Shown here piece after piece: positions 1 to 10,693 of a stretch of 64,000 nucleotides of DNA. The DNA is taken from the IMG/VR virus record IMGVR_UViG_3300045988_167206, positions 96,001-160,000 of that record; one strand, written 5' to 3'. The DNA is from a virus. Position numbers and translations under genes: made by a program. Position 1 is the stretch's first letter, and every line of letters starts with the position of its first letter. The notes below the pieces were generated by a model. That model was not told where the DNA came from. It saw only the letters and a list, made by a program, of their open reading frames with translations, and made no database searches.

Positions 1-15
1 AGATTAATAAAATTA

Positions 16-1014
16 ATGAAAACAGTTTCGTATGATTGTAGATCAGATGCAGAATATGAATTTTTCCATTATAAAGACAAATCTCTGCAATTTCGTATTA
101 AGTATGAAACAATTTACAATGAAAATTATGAAATCGGGGCTAATATTCCTGTTGAGTATCGTTTTTCCAAATATTATAATGAAGCTACTCATTCGTTCCA
201 TTATCGTATTATATTAAATCCGAATTTTCTCCTATCATTTTCTTGTACATCAGGAGATATCAGTATGGCATTTTACAATCTCAATGATTATGTTAATTTC
301 GAATTAATCTGTTTATACGATGGGGATGCTGATATTATCGCAAATTATTTTAAAGAAACATCAAAATATGATGTTTTTACAGAATATAAATATAAAGAGA
401 AAGTTGCAGATAACGGAATTACGTGGATTTCCCGTACTGATGAAATTCTTTCAGAGATATCCAGTGATGACTATCGGATCATTGACTTCAAATGTATTGT
501 TGTAAAATCTGCAATACGTAAATGTGATAATGAAGAACATCATACTAAAATTATAAATGGCATTTTCTTTACAATATCAAGAAAAACTGGAAATGTTAAA
601 TACACAATAATTCCTTTAGTATATTGCCAAGAATGTAATGTTTATTTTATGTATGATTTTGAATATAATAGTTTATGTATGCAAGGAAGACCTCTTTGCA
701 AAATCTATAATCACCTACATAAATCTGGTTCAGCAGATATATTTTCACAGTTAAATACAGAGTCTATTTTTAAAGTATGCGGTTATACGGTTGATGTAAA
801 TGAGGGGTTATCAGATAAGGCTAGACATAATCTTTTGGACTTCCTTATTAATAGAAAAATTGTAACAGTATTGCAAACATTAAATTTTCTACAGTGGCTC
901 ATCAACAGTAGAAAAAATAACTTAAATATGTATAATGCTGTACAAAAATGGGAGAATGATTTTTCTTATATAAATGAAAAGTATAATTCTTCACAAAATG
1001 TTATTGTTGTATAA
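16..1014 (+). CDS. hypothetical Cys/His-containing protein (332 aa), convergent with the tail genes
   Basis: Long ORF on the strand opposite to the whole structural module. It has CxxC-type pairs (YCQECNVYF, CMQGRPLC). No family recognised. Confidence 0.55.
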   Translation: MKTVSYDCRSDAEYEFFHYKDKSLQFRIKYETIYNENYEIGANIPVEYRFSKYYNEATHSFHYRIILNPNFLLSFSCTSGDISMAFYNLNDYVNFELICLYDGDADIIANYFKETSKYDVFTEYKYKEKVADNGITWISRTDEILSEISSDDYRIIDFKCIVVKSAIRKCDNEEHHTKIINGIFFTISRKTGNVKYTIIPLVYCQECNVYFMYDFEYNSLCMQGRPLCKIYNHLHKSGSADIFSQLNTESIFKVCGYTVDVNEGLSDKARHNLLDFLINRKIVTVLQTLNFLQWLINSRKNNLNMYNAVQKWENDFSYINEKYNSSQNVIVV

Positions 1015-1135
1015 TGCAATTATACATAAAATAATTATTTTGACTGTTTATTTGTTTTATTAGGCTTCACAAAAATACCATGACATTTTATTTTGTCTGA
1101 TTTTATAATTTGTGATTTTTCTTTACTGGTAAACA

Positions 1136-1597
1136 TCAAATCCAGTTTACGTTCCATGATACTACCTCCTCGAATGTGAAATCTGGGAATACCTTTTTAA
1201 CTATCATAAAAGTTAATATTTTAGCCTTTGTTTCGTCTTTTTCTTGAAAATAATAATGTACAAGTTCTTCTATAAAAATAAAAAGTTTCATTTTGTCATT
1301 ACATTGTTCAATTTTTTCTATTGCATATATAATTAATTGAAAACATCTTCCATAAGCTATGGACATATTCTCTTTTATAGAAAAACTACCGTCTCTTGTA
1401 AAAATTAAATTTACAGATAAAAAATTGTTTGGATCAATTTCTTTTTCATATAGCACTTTACTTAAGACTTCAAGCCCTTTTGTAAATAAATTAGCTGTTT
1501 GTTCTGGCATTGGATATAAAGCATTCATAAAGATGCAATTATTAAAATAAGGCGGTGCAACAGGTGCAAAAGATTGTACAGAATTTTCTAAAATCAT
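1136..1597 (-). CDS. hypothetical protein (153 aa) located 3' of an intron-like structured region
   Basis: ORF with AAAGGAG 8 nt upstream of the ATG. No family recognised. Confidence 0.5.
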   Translation of the reverse strand: MILENSVQSFAPVAPPYFNNCIFMNALYPMPEQTANLFTKGLEVLSKVLYEKEIDPNNFLSVNLIFTRDGSFSIKENMSIAYGRCFQLIIYAIEKIEQCNDKMKLFIFIEELVHYYFQEKDETKAKILTFMIVKKVFPDFTFEEVVSWNVNWI

Positions 1598-2050
1598 AAT
1601 ATGTGCTCCTTTATGGAATTTACTTAATCATATCATAAAAGAGCTAAATAATAAATAATTTTCTCTTCGTTTACAGCAGAAGAGTAGTGCTGAGTGGGGT
1701 TCACCACTATTACAGTGGAACATTCATTAAAAGCATATGTATTAATTCGGACCATACATATACTCTGAGGAAGGGTGCTCTCTCTACACTTCCTGATTAT
1801 TCATATGCTTCCCTCACCATAACTTGCGTTATTGCTGCTAGTGTATCACATATTACTAAAACGTTAATCAGGTTGGTACATGCGTTACTCACAGGCTTGC
1901 GCCTACTTCACTGTAAACAGAATAGTGAGCTTCGATGTTTTAATCCTCTATTTATTTATAGCCGCTAATCTCCATACATTGATATAATCTTTATATAGAT
2001 AGGCTCATTATTAAAATCGGAAAAATAATTGTAACCCTGAATTTGGGTTA
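1598..2050 (-). ncRNA. candidate second group I-like intron or structured RNA directly after tape measure exon 2
   Basis: 450 nt without an ORF, visibly more GC-rich and hairpin-rich than its flanks. It shares the blocks AATAATCAGGAA and AGCACCCT, in the same order, with the intron at 2423-4016. GCCTAT (1999-2004) can pair with the exon end GTAGGT with a terminal U-G pair. Confidence 0.35.
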
Positions 2051-2422
2051 ACCTACGGCTTTTGTAATACCACCGGCGTTTAAGAATTTTAATCCAGCCA
2101 TAGTAGCATTTTTTACGGTCATGGCACCAAAAATTGCAGTAATTAGTGCCGGGATTGGTCCTAAAGTTTTTTCAAGTCCAGTGAATCCTTCAGTTAAGCT
2201 ATGTACGAAATCTAAGGCTCCACCAACTTGATCTGACTGATAAAAGTTAAGCCAGAACTCATCCATCTGAGTTTTAATAGCTTGTACTTTACCACTAAAC
2301 GATTCCATGTATTTCTCTTGGTTTGCTTCTGCATTACCTTGAGTAGTGGTAGCTTCTTCAGCTAAACTCATGGAATCTGTGAATGCGTCCAATATGTTCT
2401 TGAATTTTGAAGTTTGTCTTGT
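2048..2422 (-). CDS. tail tape measure protein, exon 2 (TRQTSKFKNILDAF...GPIPALITAIFGAM...)
   Basis: The reading frame is open from 2422, immediately after a TAG. The ORF track starts it at a TTG at 2392. It continues the TP901-type tape measure core that is broken off at 4017 and has a hydrophobic segment typical of tape measure proteins. Confidence 0.7.
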   Translation of the reverse strand, partial: TRQTSKFKNILDAFTDSMSLAEEATTTQGNAEANQEKYMESFSGKVQAIKTQMDEFWLNFYQSDQVGGALDFVHSLTEGFTGLEKTLGPIPALITAIFGAMTVKNATMAGLKFLNAGGITKAVG

Positions 2423-2478
2423 CTAACTTGTTAAGCATGGTTCGCAACACCATACTGATATTGTTAATTTATCTCCTT

Positions 2479-3393
2479 TTATATTTCTATTAAGGCTCCA
2501 TATTTAATAAAACCTTCAAACAATATATCTTCAATATAAATTTGATCCCAAAATGGAATACGAATTAAATGAATTTTATTATCTTTACAATATTGAGTCT
2601 TTATATTGTCTCGTTTCTTTGTATTTATCATATTGCTATAAGCCTCTTCGTGTGCCATTGTGTTACCTAATGTTACTGGCATATAATGAAATTCTCCATC
2701 ATATTCAATTGCAATATTAGAATCAGGTAAGTAATAATCAAACGGCAGAGGGTTTTTATCTCTACAATCAGAGAATCTTTTTTGTGGTTCGTATTTAATT
2801 CCCCATTTATCTAAAATATCTCCAATCATACTTTCATAATATGTTTTTTTACAATAAGGACAACCAGGACATTTTGATAACGTATATCCTTCTTTAACCT
2901 GGACACCTTTATCTTTATGTACGTTACATATATATTTTACATATGTATATCCATTTTCATGATAATGAGAAACATAGGTAAAATTGTGTTTTTCACATTC
3001 TTCTTTCCAATGATCGACATTGAATATTTTATTTTTCAGTGTACGTTCTCTACCACAATAATAGCACCCTCTATCACGCAGAAATTCGCATAATTTAATT
3101 TCTTGAATACCTTTATCCTTATGTTTTGTACAGATATATTTCATTTTAGTTGTGTAATTTTTGTATTCCTTATCAATTAATTCATATCCTCTATCAGAAA
3201 ATAATTTATTTACTTCATCATAAGTATATTTTTTAGTATTATGAATTACTTTCTTTTCACGAATTAACCCCATACGTCTTCTTTTGGTTATTATTGCACC
3301 TTTAGTAGTTCCGATATTTTTTGCTAATTCATCATCAAATTGTATTTTCCAATTTTCTTTTAAATAGTTTTCTTTATCAGATGTCCATTTCAT
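2479..3393 (-). CDS. intron-encoded homing endonuclease-like protein: N-terminal HTH, two Cys-rich repeats, C-terminal Vsr/DUF559-like PD-(D/E)xK nuclease
   Basis: Duplicated module YIC(T/N)xHKDKG(I/V)Q...C..C(G/K). C-terminal FDYYLPDSNIAIEYDGEFHY...KRDNIKTQYCKDNKIHLIRIPF matches the DUF559/Vsr-type nuclease pattern. Confidence 0.75.
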   Translation of the reverse strand: MKWTSDKENYLKENWKIQFDDELAKNIGTTKGAIITKRRRMGLIREKKVIHNTKKYTYDEVNKLFSDRGYELIDKEYKNYTTKMKYICTKHKDKGIQEIKLCEFLRDRGCYYCGRERTLKNKIFNVDHWKEECEKHNFTYVSHYHENGYTYVKYICNVHKDKGVQVKEGYTLSKCPGCPYCKKTYYESMIGDILDKWGIKYEPQKRFSDCRDKNPLPFDYYLPDSNIAIEYDGEFHYMPVTLGNTMAHEEAYSNMINTKKRDNIKTQYCKDNKIHLIRIPFWDQIYIEDILFEGFIKYGALIEI

Positions 3394-3414
3394 GTATTAT
3401 CACTCCATTTATTA

Positions 3415-3609
3415 TCAATTTTTTGTATAAAAAATCGCCAATGCTTCAAATAACTTTGACGTTTTTGTATATTTGTATGTAGTTACTTCATTTATCACTT
3501 TTATAAATGAAGGTTGTATACCAACACTCCATAAATACTCTTTTTCAGGAGTATATTGAGTGGAATATTCTTTATCAAATTTTTTCATAAATTTATTTAA
3601 AATTAACAA
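3415..3609 (-). CDS. small intron-internal ORF (64 aa), function unknown
   Basis: ORF just 3' of the intron catalytic core. It is separated from the endonuclease ORF by TGA TAA TAA. Confidence 0.4.
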   Translation of the reverse strand: MLILNKFMKKFDKEYSTQYTPEKEYLWSVGIQPSFIKVINEVTTYKYTKTSKLFEALAIFYTKN

Positions 3610-4016
3610 TATCCTTATACTTTCATATAAGTACAGACTATTTCTTCACCTACCGACCTTTACGGTTTAGGGTGTCCTTTTCCATTTAACGGGTTTTCAC
3701 CGACTTCATTAGCGATTAAGCCGTACTTCTATTGATTTGGATATTCAGGATTCCCACCTTTATTTTATAGCTCAATAAGAACATTTCCAAATCCCGACAT
3801 GGGAATAGTCGTTGAATGTTCACCCTCGTCTCAAGTACCATATGATCTATGGAATACGTTAGGGTGCTTCACTGCATGAACAGCCAATCCTTACGTTGTC
3901 AAACCTTCATAATCTAGTTTCCTGATTATTGTGGTGTAAGGCTCTAAGGCATTACCTGCAATTAAAATCATTCCAGTATGAATTTCTTCATACACAGTCC
4001 AACATTAGGCTGCTAC

Positions 4017-7000
4017 ATCAAATGCGATTTTTGCTTGCTGTGCATCAGTCAAATCATTCCATTTGGATTTCAGTTCGGATAATACAGTGATAATACCACG
4101 ATCTGATCCGTCTGGATTATAGACATCAACACCTACTGAATGTAAAGAAGCAGAAGCATTTGATAAATCTTCATTACTTACCTCATCTGCATATTGAGGC
4201 ATTTTACCGACTTTTGTGGTTCTCGTGATAATCGTTTTAATTGCATTACCAATTGAACTTCCATCTTCACGGGTTCTTTCAGCTACTTTTGCAGAAATCG
4301 CAGCTAACTGCTCATATGACATTCCTGCATCAAAAGCAACCTGACCTGATGCCTGAACAGCATCTGTCATTACTTTTATACCTTTAGCGTAATCCATACC
4401 CACGTTTGCTGAAATCTTATCCAATACGTCTACTACATGCATAGAAGCATCAGCGGCAGAAGTGGATCCATCTTCTAACATATGGAACTGCTGTAAGATA
4501 CCCTGTACCTGGTCAGCAGCAGTAGAAGCGTCAACACCACTTAAGTTACTCAAGATAGCAGTCGGTTTTGCAGTTTCCTGAATTTCTTTCGAAGTGGTAT
4601 TCATATTTGCATAGATCTGATAAATGTCCATTGTATTATCAAGAGACATAGAGAGATCTTTTGCCATGTCAACTGCAGAACTACCTAAATTCTGTAATTG
4701 ACTTTGTGACATATCCATTGTATAACTAATGGTTGTCAGTGCTTTATTATAATCCATAAATGTATTAAAGCCTTGTTTCATCTCATTAATGGCTTTATGC
4801 ATTATCTGAATGTTTCCAACATAAGATGTAATATCACCAATAGCACCTTTAAAGTTTCCAGATACTAATCCTTTAAGTCCCTGACTAAATGAAGAAAATC
4901 CAGTAGAAGTCTTAGTGGTATTTTGATACATAACACGAAGACTATCATTGGCTTTTTCAATGTTTCCAGTGAGTTTTACAACGTCTCCAGATGCAGTCTC
5001 AAAATTCATTGTGACTTTTCCGGTTGCATCATTTACAGACTGTGATATTTTATTGGTTAATCCAATTGAAGCAGCATAATCGGTCAATGCCTTTGAAGCA
5101 TCAGCAGTATCTTTGATCTGATGTGCCGTATTCTCAATCATTGTACCTTTACTTGTGGTTTTATTGAGTCCATCAGAAGTCTTTCCAAATTTTTCCATTG
5201 AAGCTACAAGCTCATCAATTCCTTTACTATATGCTTCAATGTCTTTTTGACCTTTTGTGCTATTCTTAAATGTATCATTAAGCTCTTCATACCTTGAATG
5301 AAAACCATCTAATTTTGCTTGGTAAAAACCTGTTTTATCCCCAATGTTTGTATATTTAATTAATTTCTCATGTGCTTGAAAATAATCCAAATCTTTTACG
5401 CCAAGGCCATTTTGGTAATAATCTTTATATGCTTCCGTTTGGTTACGTAACTCAAGCATACGTGAAACATAATCATTTACAGAAATAGATCCATTTTTAA
5501 ATTCTGTGGTAGCAGTATCAAGACCACTAGACAAAGAAGAAAATTGTGACTTAAAACTTTCAGATGCTCTTCCAGCATTTTGAATCTTGGAAACAAAAGA
5601 ATCAATATCTTTAGATAAAGAAGCAAAATTAGAATTTATAGTATTATTTTTATTTATGTTAGATTGTGAAATGAGATCTTGCATTTGAGTATCTGCATAA
5701 TCTTTTCCATAGATTTGAGAAACTTCTTTATACATATTCTCATAACTTTGTTTTGCTCTTGCTTGAGCAGCAGATAATAACATATGTTCTTGCTGAGAGT
5801 ATTTATCCGATGTAGAAAGTCCGATCAATTCTTTTTCAGTTTTAGCCTGAAGAGAATATTGTTCTTTCATATCATCAACTAAATTTTTATGATATTTACT
5901 TTCAGCGGCCTGAGCAGAAGTATAAGCCTTTGCATATTCGTCTGCTTTTTTTGCATTTAATATATTATTATTATTATTTTTGTCATTTTCATATGTATTT
6001 TTATAAAAAGATTCGACTTCTGTTTTTAATGCAGAAACTCTTTTTTTAGCTTCTTCAAATCGTTGAGCTACAGCAGTATCAGTGGAATTAATCTTGTATT
6101 CACTTTGTGCATTAACTAAATCTGCCTGTGCTTGTTTTAGCTCTTTAACTTTAGCGATAGCTGAATCATATTGTGACGTAAAATCAGCAGTTTTTTGTTT
6201 GAGCACATCTTGTTGAAAAGCATCATAAACATTTTGTTCAGCTTGGCCAAGTTTGCTTTTCTGTGTGTTAAAAGCATTTACACGATCTTCACCAAGAATA
6301 CCTTTGTTTTTCTCAATAAACTCATCAATATCTCCTAAACTTTTCTGCTTCTGATCTATTTCTTTTCGAATATTATTAATTAAATCATTAGAAGTACCTT
6401 TAGATTTAGCAGAAGATAACTCTTTATTTTTCTTTTCAAGTTCAGAAAGACCAGACATTAAATCTTCATACTGAGAAATAATTTGATCTGAAATTTTATT
6501 TTGAGAATAGTTTCTTAATGATGCATTAGATTTTTCTGCTTTTCGCATCGCCTCGTCAAATTCATCAATATCTTTTCCTTGAGATTCAAGCAAGGTTTTA
6601 TTCTTAGATATAAAATCGCTTATTTTAAAAGCGTTTGCAGTTTTTTCTAATGAAATTTTTTGATCTTTTAAATCTCTTAAATCACTTTGTAATTTTGTTC
6701 TATCTATGCCAGTATTAGATTTATCATCTAATTGTTTTTGTATATCAAGAATTTCTTTATTAACCTGGTTAAGTTTTTGAGCTTGTTTAACAGCTGTAGT
6801 ATATTGTCCTACGATAGACTGCGTTTTCTGCTTTTGAGTTGCCTCACGTTCCTCCTGATAGGCCTTTTTATTAGCATTAACAGCGATATTATTTTGATCA
6901 CGAAGTTTGGCCCAATTTGGTTTCATCCGTTCAGCAACTTGCTGTCTATATTGTGTCATACTATAATCTGAAGTAGGATCTTGATCATAAGCTCGTGCGA

Positions 7001-8966
7001 CGCTATCATGTTCTTGCTGCTGAATTTGTAATCTTTGAATCTCAGATTTTAAATTAGCTATTTTCCCGGAATCTCTTTGAGATTGTGGTTTTGTCATTTC
7101 AGCATATAATTTTTGTCTGTTAGATACTAAGGCAGCGGTAGTTTTAGCTGAATCCTGCTCTAAAGTTTCAAATTTAATACCAGTCCCAATTGTTGCACTC
7201 CAGGTGTTATTTGCCTGACTATAAGTTTGAGTCAAAGTATGAACTTTTCGATTTACATCTTTATATACTTTTGTAATTTTTTGACCATTACTAGCTGTTT
7301 TTTCGGCCAGTAATTGCATATCATCGAAGTTAGGAGTTCCTGGTACTGAAGGTAAAGTAGGATTTCCTGATGTTGGAGGAGTTGTTGGGAAAGTCGGAAT
7401 ATTTGAATTTTTTGAAGAATTAGATGCGACCGGTGTAGCAGGTATAGCTTTCAATCTTGGACCACGAGAAACTTTATATGCTAATTTTTCTTGTTTAGTA
7501 GCATCTTCCTGTGTGCGAGTTGTATCTTGCACAGCAATACCAAGTCTTTCGGCAGAATCAGCCATCTTATCCATATTTTCTGTGGTATTTCCTACAGTAG
7601 AAGCCACTACATTATTTATGTGATCTGTAGCTGTGTTAATAGTGTCTGCAGCTTTTTCTGCTTTTTTGGCTTGGGCAGTAGGAGATTTTTTACTATGGGT
7701 ACTTTTTTTAGAAGTCTGATTAGATTGGATAGCAGGTGTTTCTACAACTGGATTTCTAATAGCTTCTTCTAGACGAGGATAAGCTTCAGACCAAAATTTA
7801 CCATTTTCAGGATCATCTGATAAAGTTTGAATAGCAGTATCTAAATTTTTTAATTGCTCGCCTGATAGTCCGGTTCCACCTTTATTTTTATATACAACAA
7901 AATTTCTGAATAATTTTGCCAGCATAGTAGTGCTAAAATCATAAATACTTTTATCTCCACTTAAAACTTTTTCAAAATCTTTTTTTAAGATAGAAGAAGC
8001 TTCATCTGCTGTTACTGACGAGATATTTTTTAACATTTTATCTCTAGCACTAGATAAACTTTTATTTCCAGTTGTATTAAAGGCTTTGTCAGCTTTAATT
8101 TTCTGAGTAGCTTTACTTGTTTCAGTAGCAATAGTATTAATTCCATTCTGCATATTACTTATAGCAGCCTGAACCATATCTTCACTACCACTTTCAATAG
8201 CAGCCTGTAATGAATCAAGATCAAAAGCAGAAGCTATATAAGATTTAGAATCTTCTACAGAACTTTCTAATGTTTTACCTATTCCGATCAAGTTTTTATT
8301 ACCAGGTCTGGTTATATGGCTATCTTCTGGAATAGAATCTTTCATTTTACCAAAAAGAGCTTTGATATTTTTCTGATTTTGTTCATAAGTCAAAAGAAGT
8401 TTTTCCTGAGCTTTTACAGCTTGAATATAAGCAGCCATATCTGTAAAATCAGCGGTGTTAAGAGGTTGTGCATTTTCTTGCTGTGCTAACGCCCATTTTG
8501 TAGCTCTTGAATATTCATAGCGTTTTCTATATAATGCTTTATATTCATCAGAATCAACAGCCAGGGTTTTTGGCATTCCGTCACGAACACCTTTTATTTC
8601 ATTTGCATTTAATCTATATAAATTTGCCGGCAAAGTCTGAAAACTTGCATCATACCCACTTTTAACCGCTTTATTAATTATACTTTCTACTTGTTTGGCT
8701 TGAGCTGTAATTGCTTTTTTAGTAGAAGCAGAAAGAGAAGATTTACCAGTTGCTTCTATAATAGCTGGAATTTTTACAGTTGTCTTTTGTAATTTATCTA
8801 ATGCAGAAGTATCTGTCTTTAATTCAGCAGTTATTGTAGATTTCTTTCCGTCTAATTCATCAGCAGTGTTTTTTAATTCTAATAATTTTTCAATTGCTCT
8901 ATCAACAGCAGCGTCAGCATCAACGCCTACACGAACTCGTTTATCATATCCACTCATATTAATCAC
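4017..8966 (-). CDS. tail tape measure protein, exon 1 (about 1650 aa; long coiled-coil plus TP901-type core)
   Basis: 1653-aa ORF, Q/K/E-rich coiled coil. The C-terminal part (MDIYQIYANMN...AISAKVAERTREDGSSIGNAIKTI...LTDAQQAKIAFD) resembles the phage tape measure core. An in-frame stop lies 3 codons past the proposed 5' splice site. Confidence 0.85.
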
Positions 8967-8971
8967 CTACT

Positions 8972-9526
8972 TTATATATTTTGTAAAATTAAATCTCTAA
9001 AAAGATTCGCACACATTTCTTTATAATCAGATCCTTCTAAATATGCATCCACTCTAGGATCCACCATTTCAATTACAGATTGAGTTTTTATAGCAGGACT
9101 ACCCCATTTTGTATAAGCACTTATACCTGAGTTTGGTGTCGGCCATCTATATAAAAAAGATCCAGGAGAAGGATGCCCTGGACCACCGTTAGCTCCACCA
9201 TGATATCCTTCTGCAAAAAACATATGATCAAAAATATATTCGGGCGAAACACGATGTGTATCATCAATTAATGAAGCATCGGAATGCAATAGAATAAATT
9301 CACCGGACGCTTTTATTTTGTATGCATTCGCCATAGACCATGTACGAGAATAATATTTCGGTGAATATGAAGTATAATAAGCTTTTATGCACTCATCAAA
9401 AATATTTTTAAATTCATTTGCTACTATAGGAGCAACTTGTTCAGCAACTTGTTTTTCGAATTTTGGAATATCATTTTTAATTTTTCTTAAAGCTTTGATA
9501 ATTGCTTCAATTGAATATGCTCCCAT
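8972..9526 (-). CDS. hypothetical protein; position suggests a tail assembly protein
   Basis: ORF with GGAGGTG SD, immediately upstream of the tape measure gene. Confidence 0.55.
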   Translation of the reverse strand: MGAYSIEAIIKALRKIKNDIPKFEKQVAEQVAPIVANEFKNIFDECIKAYYTSYSPKYYSRTWSMANAYKIKASGEFILLHSDASLIDDTHRVSPEYIFDHMFFAEGYHGGANGGPGHPSPGSFLYRWPTPNSGISAYTKWGSPAIKTQSVIEMVDPRVDAYLEGSDYKEMCANLFRDLILQNI

Positions 9527-9590
9527 ATAGCACCTCCATAAATTTTATTTATTCTTCATTTTCTTTTACATATTTTAGTAATTCTTGGAT

Positions 9591-10112
9591 TCATTCATTT
9601 GCAAATGCGCCAATAGTACTAGCGAATGCATTTACATATTTGGAAATGTAAGCATCTGTTGTTTTATTTTCTTCCATATAATTATCAATAAGCAAACCAT
9701 TAATACCTAAAAGCTCATCAAGCTCACTTTTTCCAATGATTTCCCAAATCATATTCATAATATTTCTCTGACGTAACATATCATAATCATCAAAAGCAGT
9801 GGTTTCGCTCGGATCTGTTTTTGTAACATTGATTTTTGTATATAAGATAAGAGTAGTAGTAACCATATTCACTTTAGAAAGAAAATAATCAATATGTGCT
9901 ACGCCAGTTGGAGATTCTACAATTGATTTTTCTAACATTGTCTGAAGCACGATTTTCTTTTCAAGAACAGGACAATAATTTCGGGTAATAATACCTTTAA
10001 GCATTTGTCTTTTTGCATCTTCTGTTTTTGCCATATCAAATCTACGACAAAATTCTTTTACGTCAATTTTTCTTTCTACATCATTTTTCTTCTCGGCTTT
10101 ATTTTCGCTCAT
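9591..10112 (-). CDS. hypothetical protein; position suggests a tail assembly chaperone
   Basis: Acidic 173-aa ORF two genes upstream of the tape measure gene. Confidence 0.55.
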   Translation of the reverse strand: MSENKAEKKNDVERKIDVKEFCRRFDMAKTEDAKRQMLKGIITRNYCPVLEKKIVLQTMLEKSIVESPTGVAHIDYFLSKVNMVTTTLILYTKINVTKTDPSETTAFDDYDMLRQRNIMNMIWEIIGKSELDELLGINGLLIDNYMEENKTTDAYISKYVNAFASTIGAFANE

Positions 10113-10126
10113 AACAAAATCTCCTT

Positions 10127-10693
10127 TTATTCCTTATATTTAGAGCAAATCATATCAGCAATCTCTTCTTGTACGCGACCTTCTTTAGCTTTATGTAGAA
10201 GAGAGCAGTTTCGTTTATATCTTTTACATGATTTGCATTTATCTTCAAATTCATTTAGATCTTTCTGGCTGTCAAAGATGCCAGTAAAATCAGTCTTATA
10301 AATCGTATATTCAATTCTTGGATTTTCTGAATCGTATAATACTTTAATTACACGTTCACAAGCCATATTATCATCAACCCAGATAACACCGGAATCAGTA
10401 ATAGCATCAAATGCCACTTTCCAATAATTATTTGTATCCATATCAATTCTTGGAAAATAAAAAACAGCATCTACATAATAGTGCTGCATAGGATCCGGAT
10501 CAGTTATCCAGTTTTGTTCAATTGCCTGTTGTTTAACATATTCAATAAATTCTTTTTGGAACTTTTTTGCTTCAGCAGTCTTATAACTCATTGCCATAGC
10601 GCGCCCGTTTTTTGTGACGGTGCGATATGCTAGATAATGGTTCACTGAAACAAAATTTGTGACGGTTAATTTTAATGTCTGAGTATTACACAT
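10127..10693 (-). CDS. rusA: RusA-like Holliday junction resolvase with Cys-rich C-terminal extension
   Basis: VSVNHYLAYR...FPRIDMDTNNYWKVAFDAITDSGVIWVDDNMA matches the RusA D-x-D-N...K...D...DD pattern. Start moved to MCNTQTL just after the upstream stop. The tail has CKSCKRYKRNC. Confidence 0.7.
   Translation of the reverse strand: MCNTQTLKLTVTNFVSVNHYLAYRTVTKNGRAMAMSYKTAEAKKFQKEFIEYVKQQAIEQNWITDPDPMQHYYVDAVFYFPRIDMDTNNYWKVAFDAITDSGVIWVDDNMACERVIKVLYDSENPRIEYTIYKTDFTGIFDSQKDLNEFEDKCKSCKRYKRNCSLLHKAKEGRVQEEIADMICSKYKE

Larger units (their letters stand above)
2423..4016 (-). mobile_element. group I intron with homing-endonuclease ORF inserted in the tape measure gene (boundaries approximate)
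   Basis: Minus-strand core elements are TTCAACGACTATTCCCATGTCGGGA (3793-3816; R/P7-P3-like) and GAAATAGTCTGTAC (3631-3644; S/P7'-like), with GACTAT/ATAGTC pairing. A candidate guide sequence GTTGGA (3998-4003) pairs with exon end TTTGAT. The last intron nucleotide is G (2423). Confidence 0.75.

Noticed and set aside
1687-1968. Plus-strand ORF 1687-1968.
   Set aside because: It lies antisense within the intron-like structured region, has no SD, and has unnatural composition.
3394-3609. The 64-aa intron ORF and the endonuclease ORF are in the same frame, suggesting read-through into one protein.
   Set aside because: The junction reads TGA TAA TAA ATG GAG TGA TAA before the endonuclease ATG. 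Multiple stops make read-through implausible, and the endonuclease has its own GGAG SD.
6732-7772. Plus-strand ORFs 6732-6971 and 7491-7772.
   Set aside because: They lie antisense within the tape measure gene. Their products are low-complexity and hydrophobic, typical of shadow ORFs in an AT-rich coiled-coil gene.
8972-10112. Programmed -1 frameshift between the two genes upstream of the tape measure gene (the classic G/GT chaperone pair).
   Set aside because: The ORFs are separated by a 64-nt gap. The downstream one has its own strong SD (GGAGGTG) and ATG. No slippery-sequence overlap exists.
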